Made by a program: the position numbers and the translations under genes
The notes under the pieces: generated by a model
Told to the model about the DNA's origin: nothing
The model's database searches: none
The model's input: only the letters and a program-made list of their open reading frames with translations
In this document: positions 1 to 11,485 of the stretch, in pieces
How positions within the stretch are numbered: the first letter of the stretch is position 1
Layout: each line of letters starts with the position of its first letter
Assembly: GCF_001194135.2 (NCBI RefSeq)
Contig: NC_068986.1
Coordinates: 83,637,443 to 83,670,138 of the forward strand
DNA length: 32,696 nt
DNA from: Octopus bimaculoides
Lineage: Eukaryota
Reading direction: 5' to 3'

Positions 1-54
1 TATACATATACTTATATAATTATAATGCTCTGGAAACAATCTTTTCGCTTTCAG

Positions 55-733
55 TAACAAATATGAAGATTGTTGACCAGGTCTTTGTGAGCTTTTCAGC
101 GGCATTAGCTATAACAAGTACTTTTACTAAGTGCAGCACTTTAGTAAACATGTGTGGGGAATAAAATCGAACATCTTTCTCTAATCTAGACTGCATTGGT
201 TTCAGATCTTCCTGTAAAATGGCTCTTTATTTTTTTTATCCTATCGCTTCGAACATATAGACAAGCAAACTTATTAATGCTGACTCATTGTTGTATTTTT
301 TCCAATAATGACAAATATCACGGTAGGTGAATTAATATTTGTTTAAGTTTTTGTAATCTCCATTCCAGTAATTTTTAATCGCGTCGTGCAGTCGATGAAA
401 GAGGTCTCCACGGCCTACTCCATAGCACTGGAAAAGATTTTGGTTCAAAAACAAAGTCTAGGTGAAGTGTGCGTATGTTCTCTTCAATTTTTAATTAGTT
501 GAAGTCTTCCTAACAAAGATACAAAGCTCCATCGTTGGAATGTAGACATCAAAAACAAATTCACATTTTGAACTTGAGAGAATCTTGCATATTCTTACTA
601 TTCCACTTATAAACTGTATTTATAATGTGCGTCTTAGCTGGTTGATTTCTTTCTGTTTTTTTTTTTCTAAATCCCAGATAATCCAAATCGTTTCCTAGGC
701 ATTTACAAACAAAACCAAGTGCCCCAAATATTA
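55..733 (+). CDS. Possible spliced exons of an unidentified gene (55-86, 190-322, 369-461 or 472, 678-733)
   Basis: AG/GT-bounded, phase-compatible open segments: TNMKIVDQVF / TALVSDLPVKWLFIFF...NDKYH / VIFNRVVQSMKEVSTAYSIALEKILVQKQSL / DNPNRFLGIYKQNQVPQIL. One intron would be only 46 nt, some donors are weak, and no homology was recognised. Confidence 0.2.
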
Positions 734-929
734 GTAGTATACATGTGAATATATTATCTGGTTATAAAAGCTGAAGGTTTCGAAGCAGTTGTCCAAAATT
801 ATCCTCTTTCACTTTGATTACCGAAGAGATATTCATATAAGCAAGACAGCTGATCTGAATGATGATAGATACTTTTTCTTGTCTGCCCGTCCGAAACAAC
901 GATATCCGGCCTGTTATGTTTGCACTTAG

Positions 930-1516
930 ATGTTTGATAGTAATGTTCCACCAATATTCCTTGTGTTGATGCATATGTATGTGTCCAATAACAAGGTTGG
1001 GGTCTCTACATTTATCCCAGGACAGTCTTGTTCTATGCTTATGTCTTCCTATGTTTTACATGTTTCCTACAGTTACGTATAATAACATATACCACAAATA
1101 ACCCGATGTCGATATCTAATGGGTTGTAGTAAGTTTTCTCAGGATTTCTGACATATCAGGATTTATAGCATAGCGAATTTTCTGTTTTTCAAGATCAACT
1201 GACATGCACAGACTGCGGTTGAAGATAGTTTTCACATTTCTGTTAAAGATACCGCCGCTGCTGTTGTAGTGCTGGTGGTGGCGGCGGCGGCGGCGGCGGT
1301 GGTGGTATGTAGCCAGTGTAGTTCTGACTGAGCAGACCTAAGATATAAAGCGTTCCAAATTAATATACCTTGTAATCTAGCGAAAAGAATCTGTACCATA
1401 GTTTCGGACACCTATAACTCGTGAACGAAGACTCCTTGACGATTCGGCTGCTTTTTTTCATGCAAGTATTACTGGGAGAACATATAGGGTGGTAGTGAAC
1501 AACATTTGCTGTTTAG
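930..1516 (+). CDS. Possible spliced exons of an unidentified gene (930-995, 1073-1128, 1467-1516)
   Basis: Acceptors tttgcacttag, tttcctacag and ttttcatgcaag; donors gttggg, gtaagt and gtaatt. Phases join in frame as MFDSNVPPIFLVLMHMYVSNNK-LRIITYTTNNPMSISNGL-Y-ITGRTYRVVVNNICCL. No recognised family. Confidence 0.25.
1273..1306. repeat. (GGT/GGC)n trinucleotide tract
   Basis: ggtggtggcggcggcggcggcggcggtggtggt read directly. Confidence 0.9.
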
Positions 1517-1767
1517 GTAATTTTATGTTATGTATTTGTGCTCCTAAAACAAAGTCACGGAGAGGTTAGATAAATGTTCTGACAAGCAGTCAGTGAGGAA
1601 AACAGGCAAGACAGAGGAAGGACAGACAATTAAGGTTACAGACAGAACACTGATTGATATGTGAAATTACTGACAGACAATGAGTCATAACAAATAGGTA
1701 GAGAGAGACTGACAGAAAACTGAGACTTGCAAACATGCAGGGCCTCCCACATACGCAGATCACACGT

Positions 1768-1768
1768 G

Positions 1769-1802
<34 letters not shown>

Positions 1803-1867
1803 TGTATGTATAAAAATACATATATATGTATATATAAAGACATACAAACATATGTACATACATATAC

Positions 1868-1911
<44 letters not shown>

Positions 1912-1935
1912 AATATATATATGCATGTATACACA
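1768..1935. repeat. Compound (TATG)n/(TA)n microsatellite
   Basis: Direct reading; it explains the overlapping low-complexity ORFs in the track. Confidence 0.95.
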
Positions 1936-2112
1936 CATATATGTACATACTTACATCTACATGTGTATATAGATGCATATCAGGGTACAAGACGTTAGAA
2001 AAATGAACTACAGACAACGGAACGAATACATAGGAAAACAGATAGCCACTTGGAATTATTCCTTCATCAGCTGCCTCTATTCTAACTAGGCGTTTCGAAG
2101 ATAAGGCAGAAC
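1935..2112 (-). mobile_element. Unclassified interspersed repeat, copy 1 (homologous to 29530-29725); possible Penelope-like terminal region
   Basis: The reverse complement aligns with 29530-29725: cttcgaaacgcct...gcagctgatgaaggaa...gtggc, and ctXgtaccc.gatatgca...gtaagtatg. Both copies end in TA-rich microsatellite. Confidence 0.65.
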
Positions 2113-2459
2113 GCACTCTAGAATAGTCTCTACCTGAGTAGTGGATCGACCCACTAAACAGAGGATTCCGAGGTGGCAAACACAAACCAAGACAGGAAAA
2201 AATGGACAGTGAAAACATTAAAAAGCCGTAGGGCCAAACGCGAATCTGATATTGAACGCTAGAAGAGGATATTCTACTTCAAAATAAGACACTGAGTCAG
2301 TTTTCACCGTCTGTAACTGTTCAGCTGCCTTTTGATAATTAGTATCTATGGGAAGCTTTCCAAACATCAGTGAGATACAAACAGAAATACCAGTGCCAAC
2401 AAACAGGATGCTGAGAGTCGAAACCGAATATTTACAGCAGGAGTACAGACGACAAAAAT

Positions 2460-3645
2460 CCAAGACGGGATTGATCAAGTAGTGTGTTGTGGGACCTCTC
2501 ATAAAGAGATGAATTCAAAACTGCGTAAAATTATCATATCTTGCAATATTCATGGTCCATGTGGTAAGGCTAATATGCTTTCTTTATGCATGGAAAGTAT
2601 GGTAGCAAATCGCCATTGCTCAAAAGGTTATCCCAAGTCATTTCAACAGACAACAGTTGTGGCTGAAAATTCCTTTCCTTCTTATAGAAGGAGAAACTTG
2701 CAGAATGGTGGTTACTTCCATAAGATAAAGATTAGAGATCAGGAATTTATAGTTGACAATCGATGGGTGGTTCTTACAACCCTTTGTTTTCTCTAAGATA
2801 CCAGTACTTTCTCTAAGATACCACTATGAAGTATCTGTACAAATACATCACTAAAGGTTCAGATATGATCACATTCAAAATCAAAGGCAATGATGGAAAT
2901 GATATCCATGTACAAGATGAGATTGAGACCTTTGTAAATATACGCTATATATCTGTCAGTGAAGCGCTTTGGTGAATTTACAAATTTCCACTTCATGAAA
3001 GAAAGTCACCAGTCGAGAAATTACCTTGCCATTTGCCAGGAGAACAAACTGTTATATATAAGCAAGGAGATGAAGGAAATGCTGTTGCTAGAGGAAAGCT
3101 CGTTGCAAAATTGACAGAATATTTCCAACTAAACATGAAAGACCCCAGTATCAGACATTTTTTGTATCCTGCTGTTCTAAAATATTTTACTTGGACAAAA
3201 AAGAAATGACAAAGAAGAAAAAGGGGGTCATATACATAGAGGACATGAGTTTATGGGTTCTTCTTTGGGACGTATTCCAACAAAATCCCTCAGTAGACAC
3301 TAATCCGAATTACATTGTCTTCGAATGCTTCTACATCTCAAAGCTGGTGCTACTTCATTCAAGGATTTGAGGACGTTTGATGGTATTGAATACCAAACAT
3401 TTCAAGAAGCATGCATGAAATTTGGCCTACTGAATGATGATGGAGAAAAAGACAGTTATTGAAGAAGCGTCATCGTTTATGTTTGGTCCTCATCTACGAG
3501 AGCTATTTTGTACAATTTTATTGTACTGCTTGCCAAATGATCCTCCTTTTTTCTGGGATAAATGGAAGAATTATCTTGCCGAAAATATCAAGCATCAGAA
3601 TCACGAGAAAGTCCTCTCTGAACGGACATTGAACATTGTTCGCAT
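2460..3645 (+). mobile_element. Helitron Rep/Helicase fragment, pseudogenised (Rep C-terminal part and linker)
   Basis: Collinear Helitron motifs: IHGPCG...CSKGYPKSF...FPSYRRR...VDNRWVV(PYNP), KYLYKYITKGSD, DEI...RYISVSEALW*IYKFPLHE...LPCHLPGEQ, LRMLLHLKAGATSFKDLRTFDG...TFQEACMKFGLLNDD, LRELFCTILLYCLPNDP..FW. Stops and frameshifts are present. Confidence 0.92.
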
Positions 3646-3817
3646 GAAAAATCCAGGAAAGGCTTGAAATCGACGGCTTTGATATCTACAGGCACTTTAG
3701 TATTCTTCGACCGATTTATCACTAAGGGAAGTCATATTGGTGGAATCGTTAGATAGTTGGACAAAACACCTTGCTTCATTTCTTCTTGTTCTTTCCTTTC
3801 TGAGAACATATCTCACC

Positions 3818-3902
3818 GTGGTAAACTTTGCGTTCATCATTTTAGGGTCGATAAAATAAAGTAACACTCAGGTACTAGAGATGATGTAGTCCACTAGTCC
3901 CT
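3818..3902 (+). mobile_element. Degenerate 3' half of SINE family A
   Basis: ggtaaactttgcgttcatcattttagggtcgataaaataaagtaacactc matches the SINE body gtcgactttgcctttcatcctttcggggtcgataaa seen in better copies. Confidence 0.6.
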
Positions 3903-4953
3903 TTTAATCAAAATTGCTTGTGTTGTGCATTAATTAAAAGCACTACCGAACACTTGTTTTATGGTCGCGCTGCAATAATTTTTTTTCTATCTTTTTCCAT
4001 TTCTTTATCTACAAAGTACGGCCGCCACTCGTCCTTCTGATGGAATATGAAGAAAACACTACGTGTGAGAAATATGAATCGTTGTAACCTACGAAAGAAA
4101 CCGACCTTAAGAGAGACAAAGTAAAATTAACATCTAGATAGTAAGATAAACAAAGTATACAGACTGCATATAGACAAATAAATATACATTACAAAGATAT
4201 ATAAACGCGAAACAGTGAATTAACTTCTTTACAACACAAATATAATGCGGTGTTGTTGGTGGTGGGAAGTCAGTAGGTGCATCTTCTGTTAAATGTAAAT
4301 CACTAGAATGTTAAGATAATATGACGGCTCCTGAATATGTTGTCCTACTTTGATGTGATAGTTTCTAGGTCATTATGACAACTCCTGAGAGGATGTTTCA
4401 CAGGAGCGATATTGGTCAACTTCTTTTTTAAGCCTAGCGTGTCAAATTTTAAATTTATTTAATAATTCTGATATATTGAGTGTCACATATATAGATTTAT
4501 ATTTGTAGATAAGGCTTTTACAACATAGTATTGCTAGAAGATTTTTATTTTCAAAGTCCATCCATACCAAAGTCACCCAAAAATCTGTGACACGTCATAG
4601 GTTCACTATCTGTACACTAAAATGACATCAGCGTTAAGGTAATGTAGCAGCTACTGGGGCTGTTGTGCCACTTCAGTATTTCCAGAATACTCTGGTAGCT
4701 TCTCATGAAGGAGAAGCGTATCGCATAACAGTATTGTAGTTACTAGTTTTCTAAGCTGGTTCTTGACTAATCTACCGCAGGACAAGCGACATGTTGATTT
4801 TGAACCTTTTCAGGTGGGCATTACTTCGTATCCTATTATCATTTTATGAAACATTAATTATCTATCTCACAAGAGAGGGATAAACGTAGTACAATAATAT
4901 TAATATATGCTTGACTGTTATTAATTAGAAAGAGGGTTAATTAACTTAACAAC

Positions 4954-5207
4954 TGTAGGACAGGATTCGTGACAGACGAACTGTAGACAGAAACTTCGCT
5001 GCGGGTTAGCTAGGAAGTTGGTCAGCAGAAAACCAAAAAGCACTTCCGGTAGAAGAAAAACAAAAAGAATGTCAACAGTGAGTGTGAAACGAATTTGAAT
5101 GAACTAAACAGAAATAACTGATGACTTAAGCCCCGATGTACGCAAAGTAATAAACCTTTGATAAATGTATCCTCGTCTCCACTAGTTTGTTTGAGTATAG
5201 CTTACCA
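4954..5207 (+). mobile_element. Solo LTR of a Gypsy family related to the element at 9335-11485
   Basis: TG...CA termini (tgtagga...cttacca). Aligns end to end with the reverse complement of 9335-9581 (tgacaga.gaactgt.gacag.aacttcgctg; aataaacctttgataaa; ctccac.agtttg). Contains AATAAA near the 3' end. No clear TSD. Confidence 0.85.
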
Positions 5208-6175
5208 AAATTTTAATAACTAAAGACACCAACGGGTTTAAGTAGTAGTGTTAAACTAGTACAAAGAACAACAAGGCCGTCATAGCAGCATTGTATGCCC
5301 CGAGCAAATCAATGTACTGGACCCTATAGTATATATTTATTGACAGTAAGGTAAAGCATAAATAGATCAGAAGCAGGACCCTAGAAGCGACACTGAAGAA
5401 CATATATAAATACATACGTTTAGAGTTATTAACTGTACATCAAAATCAATGATTTGTAAAACACTATAGCAAAGATTATGACGATGAACGACAATTAGGT
5501 TTTTATGGAGACCAATGTATCAGCGTCCGTACGTACTGTGAAATACCTTTCGCCAATTTAAGAAGTTGATCCCCTTTATGTGAAGGCGATCAAATCGAAA
5601 GCATGTGGTATAGTCAAGCGTCTTGGATTATTTTTTACTGCAAGGGAGCTCACGTTTAATATAAATACTGTTCCATTTTTGAAATGGTCCAAATTAACAT
5701 ATATTTTATAGGGTATGTAAATGAGATGGGTGATATGCGTGCATTTTCCTAACAACAAGTATAGTGCAGGTGAGTGAAATAAACAAACCATCATCGGTTT
5801 GCTTATATCACTTCCCCTGCAAAATACCCGTCTTTAAGTATCAAAAGAAAAAAAAGCAACTATATGTAAAATTTAATAATAATTCATATTTAATTATGAT
5901 TATATAACAACAAAATCCAAGAAAAAGCAGTAAAAAATGATCTACGTTAATAATTTGGCTTAATTTGTTAATGTTAATTTTATAAATTTGGTTAAGTGAG
6001 CCAAATCGTTACTTAATACAAACAAAACTATAACGAATGAAAAGAAAATTTAAACTTAGAAAGTCATTTTAGACCGAGAGGCTCCTTAGCCAATGATTTT
6101 TCAGTCCTTATGACTTCCTGGCACACTGGCGATCAAATAAAAAAATTATTGGCGCATTTCACATGGAAAATTAAA

Positions 6176-6251
6176 TACACACGCGCGCGCGCGCGCGGAG
6201 AAGGAGAGAGAATGCAAATGCAAAGAGGAAATGGAAAACAGCACTCACATT

Positions 6252-6295
<44 letters not shown>

Positions 6296-6800
6296 NNNNN
6301 NNNNNNNNNNNNNNNNNNNNNNNNNNNNNNNNNNNNNNNNNNNNNNNNNNNNNNNNNNNNNNNNNNNNNNNNNNNNNNNNNNNNNNNNNNNNNNNNNNNN
6401 NNNNNNNNNNNNNNNNNNNNNNNNNNNNNNNNNNNNNNNNNNNNNNNNNNNNNNNNNNNNNNNNNNNNNNNNNNNNNNNNNNNNNNNNNNNNNNNNNNNN
6501 NNNNNNNNNNNNNNNNNNNNNNNNNNNNNNNNNNNNNNNNNNNNNNNNNNNNNNNNNNNNNTGTGTGTGTGTGTGTGTGTGTGTGTTCGCGCGTGCGTAC
6601 GCGTGTGTGTATGTATCTGTGAGTGTGGATGAATGTGTGAGTGTGTTTGTGTGTGCGTGCGTGTGTGTGTGCGTGTGTGTGTATAGAGAGAAACATAGGG
6701 AGAGAGAGTGAGAGACAGAGTGAGAGAGAGACAGAGTGAGAAAGAGGGAGACAGAGAAACAGAGTGAGAGAGAGAGACAGAGAGACAGAGTGAGAGAGAG
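6176..6800. repeat. Compound (CG)n/(AG)n/(TG)n microsatellites around the N-gap at 6297-6561
   Basis: Direct reading. Confidence 0.95.
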
Positions 6801-6834
6801 ATGTGTATACATATATTAAATTTTAAAAATTATC

Positions 6835-7010
6835 TTGTTTCCGACATTGGACTGCGGCACATTGAGTGTAGTCGAACCAATCAGCCAAAGGACTTTTTTT
6901 TAAAACTTGGTACTTATTCTATTGGTATCTCTTGGAGAACCACTAAATTTTGTGGACGTAAACAATCCAACATCGGTTGTCAAACGGTGGTGGTGGACAA
7001 ACACAAACAG
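6835..7010 (-). mobile_element. SINE family C, 3' tail portion
   Basis: The start matches the tttcagtcattggactgcgg motif also seen at ~23770-23800 (opposite strand) and ~27370-27395. The continuation cttggtacttattctat...gacgtaaaca..caacatcggttgtcaa resembles an abundant octopus SINE (from memory, not searched). Confidence 0.6.
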
Positions 7011-7580
7011 AAACAAAAAGTAAGTAGCAAACTTGATGGCCTTGTACCAAAATTCGAAACCATTAAACAGAATTATTTTATTTTATTATTTTGAGAGCGT
7101 GCAAATAGCCAGGTAAGCATCCAATGAAAAAGCAGAATGATGTGGAAGGTCATACCACCATTCACAGAACATGTTATGTTTTTCTTTTATTCCCTTGTTC
7201 CCACTCTTGTTTTTCTAAATTATCTCAAAGAAAGAAAGATTTCTTACGAAGAAACAAAACAATGAAAGCTACCAGAAAGAAGAATTAGACCGGTCGGAGT
7301 TCTTGATATCCGGAGACATTTATGGGATAAGAGAAAGGAAATGATATTAACTGATGAAAAATTGAAACTGAATCTTTCAATCAGTTAGATAGAGCTAACT
7401 TCTTTCTGTGCCGCTATCACATTTAAAACATAACTGTTTTCTTTTAAAAAAATACACTTTTATCAAGATGACAAATGTTATAAAATTAACCAATTGCACT
7501 ATTTTAGTGATATTTGTATTAGAAGACACAACCCCTGTATTCAACTTGTACTTTGTTTACCAGCACTTCAACGATGGACG

Positions 7581-7657
7581 GCAACGTTGACTTTGGGCGT
7601 AGAGAACTGTTAGAGACAGCAACGTTGAATTCAGGGCGTAGAGAACCGTTATGAAAG
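7581..7657. repeat. ~38-bp tandem duplication (2 units)
   Basis: gcaacgttgactttgggcgtagagaactgtta followed by gcaacgttgaattcagggcgtagagaaccgtta. Confidence 0.85.
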
Positions 7658-7762
7658 TCATTCTATTCGATGCTCTAATTGCTTTTAAGTGCTTCTTTAT
7701 TGGATGCTTACTTGGCTACTTGCACACTCTCAAAAAAATAAAATAAAATAATTCTGTATAAT

Positions 7763-7936
7763 GGTTTCGAATTTTGGTACAAGGCCATCAAGTTTGCTAC
7801 TTACTTTATCGACCCCGAAAGGATGAAAAGCAAAGTCGACCACGGTAGAATTTGAACTCAAACGTAAAGACGGACGAAATGCCGCTAAGCATTTTGCCCG
7901 GTGAGCTAACGATTCTGTCAGCTCGCCGCCTTAAGC
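7763..7936 (-). mobile_element. tRNA-derived SINE family A, tail type 2, internal deletion, 13-bp TSD
   Basis: Sense head ggcggcgagctgacagaatcg (A-box-like) and gagttcaaattc (B-box-like). TSD aattctgtataat at 7750-7762 and 7937-7949. Confidence 0.93.
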
Positions 7937-7959
7937 AATTCTGTATAATAAATGTTGTT

Positions 7960-8130
7960 CTTGCTGCTTAGCTCCAGGTTAATCCTACTCCACTGAAAGA
8001 GTTCCAGCCACGAAAAATACCACGTCATTTTCAGATGTGGTACATCCAATGTACTTCTCCATTTTAGACTGTAGGACACGATTTAAGAGAGATTAAGCTG
8101 CTGTTTCTCGAAGACTAAGTAACTTGAGTG
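7960..8130 (+). mobile_element. Interspersed repeat family B (unclassified, SINE-like), degenerate
   Basis: Shares ttgttg.ttagc.c.agg...; aagac.gtagg..g.gattt.a..gagatt.ggctgct.tttct with 8945-9200, 11995-12040, 18595-18670, 21595-21665 and 24300-24535. Confidence 0.6.
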
Positions 8131-8944
8131 TGTTTCATCTGTTATTTTGTCCCCTGTCCACTTCACCATTCGCACTCTCTTAAAGATGACTTCCACATCG
8201 GACAAGACGATTAACATTCAGTGATTCGATCAACTGAATGATATACGTTGTTGCATCGCTCTGGATTTGCCCTGATCGATCTGATCTATGACTAACGTCC
8301 TTCCAACTATGTCCATTTCCTCTATTTTCAAATATAATATATTTAGGATTAAATTATTATTATTTGTTCTTTCTATTTAAGATAGTAAAGTGTGGTTTTA
8401 TGAAGATTAGGCTACTTTTCTTGCACGTGCGACAACGTTGAGGCTCCGATATAAGTTTCAGACAGATATGTGTTATTTAATTTCCCCACTCTGAAGGGAG
8501 TGTGTTGACTGTGAACGTTACAAATACTTTTTTTAGAATCTTTGACAACGGAAAAAATTTCTTTGTCTTTTGCACGAAATGCATGCAGTTAAGTGGGGGA
8601 TAGCATACATAGTGTAGTGACACAAAAAAAATGTATAACCAATGAAATTAAACCATTTAATGAGTAGAAAACGAGTTAGCGTTTCTTTGATGGAAGATAA
8701 GGGAAATAATTTCATCTGCTTAAAACTTTTAGAATATTTGATCACAAAACCACAGCGATGATATCAGAGAAACCAATGTTACGTATACAAAGGACAATGT
8801 AACATTGTTGACCTGAATAGCTGGATAAGCAACCAATCAATTGCCATCAAAATAGAGAAGTACTTCTAATAGAGGACGTGGAGTAAATTATTTCGTGTCA
8901 TTCACTCAAGTAATCGTATACAACACTCCTACATCCTGCTCATA

Positions 8945-9200
8945 TTATTATTTAGTCCCAGTTCAATTCTGACCTAGCAGATCTATAATTAAAAAGTATT
9001 ACAGCTATGATTGTCCGTTTGCTATTTTTCTTATTTTTCTCTCTCTTTTTTTTTTTGAAACGCAGTCTATCTATATAGAACTGCATAATTCAATGTATCT
9101 TTGTTTTTCTTTTCTAAGACGGTAGGGTGTACTTTGATATGGATTTGGCTGCCATTTCTAGCGACCACGTAGAGGTTCTCTTGTTGACTCGCCTGAATAG
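8945..9200 (+). mobile_element. Interspersed repeat family B
   Basis: aagacggtagggtgtactttgatatggatttggctgccatttctagcgaccacgtagagg core shared with the other family B copies. Confidence 0.65.
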
Positions 9201-9269
9201 TAGTAACACTTGAGGAGTAGTTAACATTTGACGTCCTAAATCCTGTCCACAACAATCATTATGCTTATT

Positions 9270-9330
9270 ATAGACAATGAGATCAGCTTTGTATTTCATA
9301 CTTTCAGGATCGATAAAATAAGGTACTATG
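9270..9330 (+). mobile_element. Degenerate SINE family A fragment abutting the Gypsy LTR
   Basis: gagatcagctttgtatttcatactttcaggatcgataaaataaggtac resembles the SINE A body. Confidence 0.5.
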
Positions 9331-9334
9331 GCTT

Positions 9335-9581
9335 TGTTAAGCTGTACACAAACTCGTGGAGATGAGAATGTGTTTATCAAAGGTTTATTCCTGTAAGTAC
9401 ATCAGAGCAATAGCCGCCAGTTACTTCTGTTTAAATAATTCATATTCATTTAACGTTTACTGCTTATATTATTTTGCTTCTACTTCTCAACCAGAAGTCC
9501 ACTTCGCTGCAGACCAGCTCCCAAGCTAGCCCACAGCGAAGTTCCTGTCAACAGTTCATCTGTCATGAATTCTACCCCACA
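9335..9581 (-). mobile_element. 3' LTR of Gypsy retrotransposon
   Basis: On the minus strand it follows the purine tract gcgggaagtta, starts TGTGGGG, contains AATAAA and ends TTAACA. Homologous to the solo LTR at 4954-5207. Confidence 0.85.
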
Positions 9582-11485
9582 TAACTTCCCGCTAGAACTG
9601 TTGACTGCCATTGGAACCGGGAAGGCGTTTTAATTGTTCTGCCCGTGCGTGTGTTTACTCGGCACTTTGGTGACTGTTCCTTGTCATAGGTTGGTGTGGT
9701 CTTCCTGGAACGGCTCCTGTTTGGTGGTTGAGCTACCTAAACGGGGCTGTCAATATCGAGATGGGCCGGTTTCAACCTATCGATGGAGACTGTGTCTTTT
9801 TGTCCACCAATTAGGAGTTGAAATGATTTGTCTCCCGGATGTATGACTTCATATGGACCATCGTAGGATGACTGGAGGGGTTTTCGTCGTGTGTCACCTC
9901 GAACGAACACAAAGTTAGCCGTGCAGAGGTCGTTCGGTATGGATGAACTGGGTGCACCGTGTGTTGATATGGGAATAGGGCGCAACTGGCCCACGCTGTC
10001 TCTCAGTTGAGCGAGGTATCTTTTGACATCCGGGTCTGACTTCGTATTCGGAAGGAAGACATCTGGCACTGTAAGAAGGGCACCATACACCATTTCCGCA
10101 GCGGAAGTGTTGAAATTTTCTTTTGGGGCGGTGCGGATTCCCAGCATCACCCATGGTAGTTGAACAATCCAATTGGGCCCGTTAAGTCTGGTTGTCAGGA
10201 ATTCCTTCAGGCTGCAGTGAAATCTCTCCACTAATCCGTTGGCCTATGGATGGTAGGCTGTTGTGCGGTTCATTGTGATTCCAGAAAGGTCACATATGTC
10301 ATTCCACAGCTTTGAGGTGAATTGTGGACCCCGATCGGATGAGATGCTGTCTGGGATACCGAAACGGGCGACCGAGTTCGTGATGAAGGCTCGGATGACT
10401 TCTTGTGTTTCCATGCTGCGGAGAGGAATATCCTCAGGCCAATGGGTGTAGCGGTCTACCAAGGTCAGCAGATACGAGCAACCCTGTGAAAGTGGTAGGG
10501 TACCGACAAAGTCGATGTTGATGTCGTTATGTCCTGGTCCACTCTCCAATTTGCTTAGCTATACCCTGCTAGATAAATTTTCTTGACAGCTGGTGCCGTT
10601 TGGCTTTAGTACTTGGGTGGGACAGTCCGTGAATGACGTCGAAAACTTTCTTGCGCCAGGCTGATAGGACGATCGGTGTGGGATCCCAGTGGATACATCA
10701 CACAATAGGGTTGTGCTGTTGGAGCCAAAGTGCACATCCTGCAAGGAAAGTGATGCGGTGGCAGTGCGATAGGCCCTGATCTCATCATCTGTCTGTTAGG
10801 CTGCAGCCATAGCCTAGTAATTCAGGCCTTCCGTTATTGGGGCTAGGTAGGTGTGACAGCAGGTAGGAGCACGACAGAGTGCGTAGGCGATTGGGTTGCC
10901 CTTGCCGGCAATGTGTTGGATGTCCGTGGTGTACTCAGAAATGGCTGATAGCTGCCGTTGCTGGCGTGCAGATAAAGGCTCTGAGAGCTTGCTCATAGCA
11001 AAGGTGAGTGGTTTGTGGTCTGTGAACACTAAACGTACGGCCTTCAAGGAAATAGCGANNNNNNNNNNGTGGTCTGTGAACACTAAACGTACGGCCTTCA
11101 AGGAAATAGCGAAAGTGGCGGACACCTAGATGGACAGCCAGTAGTTCCCTGTCAAAAGCACTGTATTTCTGTTAGGTAGCTGTCGACTGAAGAAGGCGAG
11201 TGGTCGCCACTGACTGTTGATGCATTGTTCCAAAACGCCCCCAATGGCTGTGTCAGATGCATCAACTGTGAGTGCAGTCCAAGCTGACATATGAGGATGG
11301 GACAGCATGGTTGCTTAGCCAGGGCCTGTTTTGTGGATTCGAAGGCTGAGTTTATTGCACCCCCACTCCCCCTGTCCTTTTGAATCATCTTTTAACGGTG
11401 CCTTGTATAGGGGTCTCATCACTCTAGCTACAGAAGGGATGAAGCGATGGTAAAAGTTTGCCATGCCCACAGATTCTGTCTACAG
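9582..11485 (-). mobile_element. Ty3/Gypsy LTR retrotransposon pol remnant (RT end, RNase H, integrase), 5'-truncated and pseudogenised
   Basis: GMANFYHRFIP (RT end); VDASDTAIGGVLEQ...PLAFFSRQL and VFTDHKPL...RQQRQLSAISEY (RNase H); DFVGTLP...LLTLVDRYTHWPE...SDRGPQFTS...TTAYHP...MERFH..LK (integrase core); YDGPYEV...VSIDRLKPA (C-terminal GPY/F); RTGRTIKTPSRF tail. RT-RH-INT order is diagnostic for Gypsy. Confidence 0.96.
11059..11068. other. 10-N assembly gap with a 44-bp contig overlap duplicated on both sides
   Basis: 11015-11058 is identical to 11069-11112. Confidence 0.9.

Noticed and set aside
1590-2006. Overlapping YI/MYV-rich ORFs (similar cases at 6.1-6.8, 12.2-12.8, 26-29 and 31.7-32.3 kb, and all X-containing ORFs)
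   Set aside because: They arise from dinucleotide/tetranucleotide repeats or read through N-gaps.
2218-2502. 94-aa minus-strand ORF (LPIDTNYQKAAEQL weakly recalls a BEL gag motif)
   Set aside because: The resemblance is too short, no other BEL features are nearby, and it overlaps the Helitron antisense.
6176-6198. (CG)n run as a Z-DNA regulatory element
   Set aside because: It is part of a compound microsatellite next to a gap, and similar runs recur elsewhere without regulatory context.
4954-9581. The two LTRs as ends of a single element (including a DIRS-like inverted-repeat element)
   Set aside because: They are too diverged, pol lies outside the pair, and no tyrosine recombinase or other coding sequence lies between them.
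11015-11112. 44-bp direct repeat inside the Gypsy RNase H
   Set aside because: The identical copies flank a 10-N gap; this is an unmerged contig overlap, not biology.
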